36,207 bases of DNA, taken from an uncultured archaeon. GTDB lineage: Archaea > Asgardarchaeota > Lokiarchaeia > Sigyniarchaeales > SOKP01. Position 1 is the stretch's first letter. Every line of letters begins with the position of its first letter. The translations under genes were made by a program, and so were the position numbers. The DNA lies in the NCBI GenBank assembly GCA_964525635.1, contig CAZGJX010000034.1, forward strand, positions 1 to 36,207. Direction: 5' to 3'. Positions 31,348 through 36,207 of the stretch are shown piece after piece. Below the pieces are notes generated by a model. That model searched no databases. It was not told the DNA's origin and saw only the letters and a list, made by a program, of their open reading frames with translations.

Positions 31348-31707
31348 TTAACAGAAAAACTTTATTTTCTTAATGAGTTGTTTACAACTGAAAGGTTTTT
31401 TTAAAAAAAATTTAGCTCCTGCTAATAATGCTTGAGCTTTAATTTTAAGATCAGCACTTATAAATAAAATTATTGCTTTTTTATTAATTTTAATAATCTC
31501 TTTTGTTGCCTCGATACCATTTTTAATTGGCATATAATAATCCATTAAAATTATATCTGGTTTTTCAATAAAATTCCTATATTTGGTAATTGCTTCTTCT
31601 CCATTATTTGCTTTTCCAATTACATGTAATCCATTGGTAATTAATAACAATTCATATATCTTTTGTAATTCAATATCATCTTCAACAATATATACGTTAA
31701 TTACCAA
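31348..31707 (-). CDS. Stand-alone response regulator receiver (CheY-like) protein
   Basis: VYIVEDD, PDIILMD (phospho-acceptor Asp), MPIKNG, FISA, KKPF; GAGGGGG RBS before TTG start. Confidence 0.92.
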   Translation of the reverse strand: MVINVYIVEDDIELQKIYELLLITNGLHVIGKANNGEEAITKYRNFIEKPDIILMDYYMPIKNGIEATKEIIKINKKAIILFISADLKIKAQALLAGAKFFLKKPFSCKQLIKKIKFFC

Positions 31708-31893
31708 TTATTCCCCCCTCAAGAAAGATTGTTAGTAGATTGATAATTATTAAATGAATAATAAACTTAAATAAGGCAAATAATATTGATCCAAGCATTC
31801 TATTTATTACTTTTTATAAAAAATGTCATTTTCTGAAAGATTTATATAAAAAAGAAGTATGATTAACAAATAAAGACAGAAATATTTTTAATT

Positions 31894-32073
31894 TTGAAAG
31901 TAAACAAATTAATAGAAGTGCTAAAAGGATTTGATCCTAAAGGAGATATCCTATTCTTTGATGATAAGTTTTTCTATCGTATTTGTGAGATTATAAATGA
32001 ACAGGGAAACGGAATTTATTATACGGAAATAAGAAAAACGTATAATATAAAGATTAAAAGAATTTCTGAATAA
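31894..32073 (+). CDS. 59-aa virus-like small protein (not in ORF track)
   Basis: TTG...TAA frame encoding MKVNKLIEVLKGFDPKGDILFFDDKFFYRICEIINEQGNGIYYTEIRKTYNIKIKRISE. The N-terminus resembles the MxVxELIxxLxxFDP motif of small phage proteins. Confidence 0.5.
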   Translation: MKVNKLIEVLKGFDPKGDILFFDDKFFYRICEIINEQGNGIYYTEIRKTYNIKIKRISE

Positions 32074-32114
32074 TATAAATCTAAAGTTAGATATAAGAAT
32101 ATAGAAAATAAAGA

Positions 32115-32705
32115 TTAATCAAGTCTGCTCAATTTTAATTCTTTTTTCCTTAATTGATATTCAGAACATATTTTATAATTTGGAAAATTACAAATTGATT
32201 TTCTTTGAGGTAAAATACATCTTCGAGAGAATGGACAGAATAGTATATATAATTTCTCAAATCTATTTTTAACATTTAACATTGTTAAATAAGCCAAGAT
32301 CAAATCTAATTCTGTATCAAATAAATCAAATTCTCTTAAATTTTCTATTATTTGAAGATAATCATATATTATATTTAATTTAGATATTTTTTGAAGAATC
32401 TTTTTTTTCTTAACATTTATTTCTATTTTTTGTTTGTAATTTCTAATCAATTTAAAGAAATAATCTTGCATATTTATGTTGGAACTTCTTTCAACATATA
32501 TAAGATATAAAATTTTGTTGAGATATTCTTCTACAATAAGTTTTATATCGCTATGTATTTCTTTAATATTCAATTGATCTTCTATTGAAATGTTAGAAAA
32601 TCGTTCAAATTCTATTTTTAGATGTACAACGATAAAATTAATATAACTTTCTAATATTTCTTTATTTTTTTTTAAATCGGTCATAATCTTTCTTACATTT
32701 TTCAT
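32115..32705 (-). CDS. Hypothetical helical protein with C-terminal four-Cys cluster
   Basis: CPFSRRCILPQRKSICNFPNYKICSEY at the C-terminus is a possible metal site. Confidence 0.6.
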   Translation of the reverse strand: MKNVRKIMTDLKKNKEILESYINFIVVHLKIEFERFSNISIEDQLNIKEIHSDIKLIVEEYLNKILYLIYVERSSNINMQDYFFKLIRNYKQKIEINVKKKKILQKISKLNIIYDYLQIIENLREFDLFDTELDLILAYLTMLNVKNRFEKLYILFCPFSRRCILPQRKSICNFPNYKICSEYQLRKKELKLSRLD

Positions 32706-32792
32706 TTTGAGATTATGTTTCTCTTAGCTTTAATGAATATCTTCTCGAGTTATTGTTAATTTCTTCTTTTATAGTTTTTAATATGATATAAA

Positions 32793-33065
32793 TTATTTTT
32801 CAAGTCTTCTCCAAAAAATTCTTAAAAACTCACTATAAGACTTAAGATATATATTTTGAGGATTTTTCATGTCTTTTTTCCATCCATTTTGAATATACGT
32901 CTTAGGTATATCACAAAATTTATCTTCAGATTTTGTTTTGAATTTAATGGCTTTTTCTGTTTCTGTAACATAAAATAAATCTTTAATAAAATTTCCCTTC
33001 GCGATATCATAAGAAATTTTAACTATTTCTTCTCTAATATTTTTATTATCCATTTTATCAAACAT
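32793..33065 (-). CDS. Small virus-like hypothetical protein
   Basis: ETEKAI...IPKTYI motif, similar to the ETEKA...WIPKS pattern of small phage proteins. Confidence 0.55.
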   Translation of the reverse strand: MFDKMDNKNIREEIVKISYDIAKGNFIKDLFYVTETEKAIKFKTKSEDKFCDIPKTYIQNGWKKDMKNPQNIYLKSYSEFLRIFWRRLEK

Positions 33066-33143
33066 CCTGGATTTGTCTTTTGATATATATAATTATACAC
33101 TTATTTATTTTTAAAAAATCCCCGCTTTTATTTAGCAAACTCT

Positions 33144-33506
33144 TTAATGATCTTTTATTTTTCTTAGTAAATCATTAAATCTCTTTTCACGCTTTTTTAA
33201 AGATACTTCTTTTTTTAATTTTGAAAAAATATCCGCTTTTTCTATCTCTGATATCGTCCTTATATTATTTCCAAGATTGCTATATAGATCAGCAGGATTT
33301 CCATTAAATAGTGATAATAGAACAACTAAAGCATTTCTCAACCAAGTTTCATTTTTAGGATCTTTCAATGCATTCATAGCTTTTATAATTGCATGATCTT
33401 TATATGTCTCTAAATTTATCGGATCTTTACTTATATTTGAAAAAAGATTAATGATTTTAGTATAACACTCTAATTCCTGTTCTATATCATCTTTTTTCAG
33501 AGTCAT
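33144..33506 (-). CDS. Hypothetical helical protein
   Basis: Clean 120-aa ORF in a co-oriented cluster; resembles 27988..28329. Confidence 0.62.
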   Translation of the reverse strand: MTLKKDDIEQELECYTKIINLFSNISKDPINLETYKDHAIIKAMNALKDPKNETWLRNALVVLLSLFNGNPADLYSNLGNNIRTISEIEKADIFSKLKKEVSLKKREKRFNDLLRKIKDH

Positions 33507-33542
33507 TTTATATTTTGTAAAGATCTTTTAGATTTGATATTA

Positions 33543-33758
33543 TTACTCATAGTCGAGAATATACGTATATTTAGCTAAGTTAAATTTTTCAATTTTAATT
33601 TTTTCTTGGAATTCATATCTTAATATAAGAGGAATTTTAATTACAAAATCATAATCGTTTAAATATAGGTTATCGTAAAAAATTTTATGATGATGATCGA
33701 AATCAATGAATTTGCTTAAATTAGAACCATCTTTATAAAGAGGGGAGTTTTTTATCAT
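33543..33758 (-). CDS. Small hypothetical protein
   Basis: 71-aa ORF with a GTGA RBS-like element, first of a minus-strand cluster. Confidence 0.4.
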   Translation of the reverse strand: MIKNSPLYKDGSNLSKFIDFDHHHKIFYDNLYLNDYDFVIKIPLILRYEFQEKIKIEKFNLAKYTYILDYE

Positions 33759-34038
33759 TCTTATATCACATTTCCTAATTATTTTTACATCTTATTGAAA
33801 CTAATTTATATAAATTGCTTAAATCCCTAAATTTCCTTAATTTATGATTCTAATTATGGATATTTATCAAGTAAAAAAATTAATATTTAAGTATTTAGAA
33901 AGTCAGATCGATTAACTAAAACAATAATTCATTAAAATAAAAAACAGTTTATTTTTATAAAAAGGGTTTAATGAAAATCTAGTTATTTTTTTTCTTTTAT
34001 AATAAATTATTTAATGACTTATTAACTAATAAAGATGA

Positions 34039-34140
34039 AAATTACTTAAAAATCATTATGAATTAAAAAAAGATAAAATTAATACTCTAAGATATAAGGA
34101 TTTAATGAAATATTTAGAAAATAATGTGAGTTTATCATGA
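34039..34140 (+). pseudogene. Detached 3'-end duplicate of gene 30899..31213
   Basis: 34039-34125 matches 31121-31207 at 75/87 nt (KLLKNHYELKKDKINTLRYKDLMKYLENN vs KLAKKHYEVNKEKINNLRFKELKKYLEDN). Preceded by an in-frame TGA with no start at its 5' end. Confidence 0.75.
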
Positions 34141-34161
34141 AAAAAGATCTCATAAAAAGAT

Positions 34162-34992
34162 TTAATATAATTTTAATCTTTTATTGTTATTCAATAGGTA
34201 ATTTATAATACTGTCTTTTATCATTATTAATGGATGATCATATTTCTTGAGATTCATTAAAATTTGTTTAATATTCTTTTTAGAATTAATCATCCGAATT
34301 CTTTTATATTCTTTTTCCTCGGCTTTATTTATATTAGAAGCTTTGATATAATTCATTTTTCCAATCCAAATTGAATTTGTAATAAAGGGAAGAATCCTAT
34401 CTATTAAATCTGTAGGATCTTTATCTAAAAAAGGTTCAATAGAGATACTTGTTTTAAATCCTTTTTCATAGGCATAATTTAAAGCTGATAATCTTTCTTC
34501 AAAATGGGGTGCTTCTGGTTCCCAAAATTGTAGAAATCTATCGTTAATAGATGTTATAGTAAATCGGAAAAGAATTAGATCCTTATAATCGGAAAAAATA
34601 TCACATATTTGTTTGATGCAATCAAAACAAGGTTTAGATGTAATAAGTACACGATTATTTGCTCTTAATAATTTTTCTAAAACAATTAAACAATTATTTA
34701 AGCTATTTAAAGTAATATCATGAGATGTCGGAAACATAATTGTTCCTTTACGTTTTGCATAATTTTTATTAATAGCTCTGTAATTTGGTTTCATTATTTT
34801 CCAAGTTTGAGGAGTTTCCCTTTTAAATCGAATAGCTATCTTCTTAGCATAACAGTATCGACAATTATTTGAACAACCATAATAACAATTAACATTGCTA
34901 TCGGCCCATTCTTTAGTTCCTTTAGTTATTTTTCTTGTGTTTAAAACTCCTATATTATCAAATCTCTCTATTAACAATTTTTTCATAACCAA
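34162..34992 (-). CDS. Radical SAM protein, SPL-like/DUF5131-related
   Basis: GCSNNCRYCYA (CxxxCxxC), LITSK, FTITS...WEPEAP..EERL.AL, SISIEP, IWIGKMN. Confidence 0.85.
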   Translation of the reverse strand: MVMKKLLIERFDNIGVLNTRKITKGTKEWADSNVNCYYGCSNNCRYCYAKKIAIRFKRETPQTWKIMKPNYRAINKNYAKRKGTIMFPTSHDITLNSLNNCLIVLEKLLRANNRVLITSKPCFDCIKQICDIFSDYKDLILFRFTITSINDRFLQFWEPEAPHFEERLSALNYAYEKGFKTSISIEPFLDKDPTDLIDRILPFITNSIWIGKMNYIKASNINKAEEKEYKRIRMINSKKNIKQILMNLKKYDHPLIMIKDSIINYLLNNNKRLKLY

Positions 34993-35026
34993 TTAATTAT
35001 TAAATATTAATAATATAAAGGAAATT

Positions 35027-36097
35027 CTATACTTTGAATTTATCTAATGGCATATATTCTTTTCTGAATTCCCTCATCTTTTGATAAGTAATATTTGGAT
35101 CTAATTTTCTAAATAATCTATATTCTTTTTTTGTTTTAGTTAGTCTTTTTTCTATTGATTCATATAAACTTTTTGCACTCTCATTATTTGTACAAAAAAT
35201 TAGAGAATATACTGGATTATCCAATGTCCATATACCAGGGATATCTAACTGAGATACAAAAGAAAAATATTTTTCCAATTTATTTTTAAAAAGTTCAAGA
35301 TATAAATCATATTCAGTATATCTTTTACCCAATTTTTTCTTCTTTTTTTCAATTATCTTTATTTTATAATTTACTTCATTAAGATCTATATTAAATATCT
35401 TTTTAAAGAAATTATTTCGTTGTTTTTCAGGAAATTTTTCTGATTTATTTCTTAAAATGGCCTGCCAAGAAAAATTAATGAAAAGGTCAGTTCCTTCTTT
35501 ATATGGTTTATCTAATCGACTATTTATTATTTTTTTTAAAAGATCCCATTCAAGAGCTCCACAGGGATCAATAAAAAAAAATGATGGAAAGGCTATAATT
35601 TCTTTTAAAATTTTTTCAATTAGATTCACACAGTTTCCATTTATTATATTTATTTTTCTTAGATCAGGATATATTGTCTTTGCTTCATATTTTATATTCT
35701 TTTTTTTTTTTTCAAAAAATAATCCATTTTTTTCAACTCTAACTAACCTTGTTGTATATTTAGAAGGAAATCTAAAACCTTCATTACATACCTTATTAAT
35801 ATGATTATTTAAAGAATTATAATTTTTTTTATCTTGTTCAAGAAAATAAAAAAAAAGTTTATCCTGTAATAACGCCGTTTTTTTAAGAAATAAGAGACTT
35901 GAACCATATATTTCTTCCTTATTATTTAATAAAACTTTTCCTGTTCCCGCATGGGTATCTATTATTGCTCTATTTATTCTATATCTTCCTACAATTGCGT
36001 TCCACTTAGTAATATACGAACTTAAAAATTCATATTTAAATTCTTTAGTCTTTTCTTCAATGCTAATTAAACTATTATCTTCAAAACGTTCACACAT
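35027..36097 (-). CDS. tcmP: Three-Cys-motif partner protein TcmP-like (class I SAM-dependent methyltransferase fold)
   Basis: K...L..Y...W N-terminus, IIDTHAGTG (SAM motif I), YGSS, FLEQD, INGNC, FFFIDPCG, TDLFINF, YSLIFCTNN; lies directly upstream of a three-Cys radical-SAM gene. Confidence 0.78.
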   Translation of the reverse strand: MCERFEDNSLISIEEKTKEFKYEFLSSYITKWNAIVGRYRINRAIIDTHAGTGKVLLNNKEEIYGSSLLFLKKTALLQDKLFFYFLEQDKKNYNSLNNHINKVCNEGFRFPSKYTTRLVRVEKNGLFFEKKKKNIKYEAKTIYPDLRKINIINGNCVNLIEKILKEIIAFPSFFFIDPCGALEWDLLKKIINSRLDKPYKEGTDLFINFSWQAILRNKSEKFPEKQRNNFFKKIFNIDLNEVNYKIKIIEKKKKKLGKRYTEYDLYLELFKNKLEKYFSFVSQLDIPGIWTLDNPVYSLIFCTNNESAKSLYESIEKRLTKTKKEYRLFRKLDPNITYQKMREFRKEYMPLDKFKV

Positions 36098-36207
36098 TCT
36101 ATTGGTTAAAAAAGATCATGATTTAATTATAATAGATATGTTACCTAAATAATTTATTTATAACGCATTATATTTTTAAGGTTTTTTCATGTCATTTCTT
36201 TTTTATC

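Noticed and set aside
1-36207. CRISPR array, tRNA, rRNA, intein in RFC genes, autonomous transposase
   Set aside because: No regularly spaced repeats, cloverleaf-like GC-rich segments, intein-sized insertions or DDE transposase ORFs were seen by eye.

Overview
Very AT-rich archaeal chromosomal window, most likely from an Asgard (Lokiarchaeia-like) genome. This is an inference from the archaeal clamp-loader genes, GGTG/GGAG-type RBS motifs, a WD40 protein and a Loki-CTERM-like C-terminal sorting signal. The first ~27.4 kb holds: a membrane-anchored C25 (gingipain-like) peptidase; a frameshifted UPF0182 membrane protein; a 1047-aa helical-repeat/coiled-coil protein; a CdrS-like RHH regulator; a disrupted Ig/GATase-like cell-surface gene; a GNAT gene plus a three-gene RFC cluster (rfcS, divergent rfcS2, rfcL); pepT; and a surface GH10 glycosidase. 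The most striking item is a tandem pair: a catalytically degenerate Spo11/Topo VI-A-like protein and a 7-blade WD40 protein that share a ~120-aa N-terminal domain. From ~27.45 kb the window looks accessory: a 290-bp MITE-like element, orphan and virus-like small ORFs, an 87-bp duplicated gene end, a stand-alone receiver protein and a TcmP-like + radical-SAM gene pair. No rRNA, tRNA or CRISPR array was seen. All family assignments come from motif recognition by eye, not from database searches.
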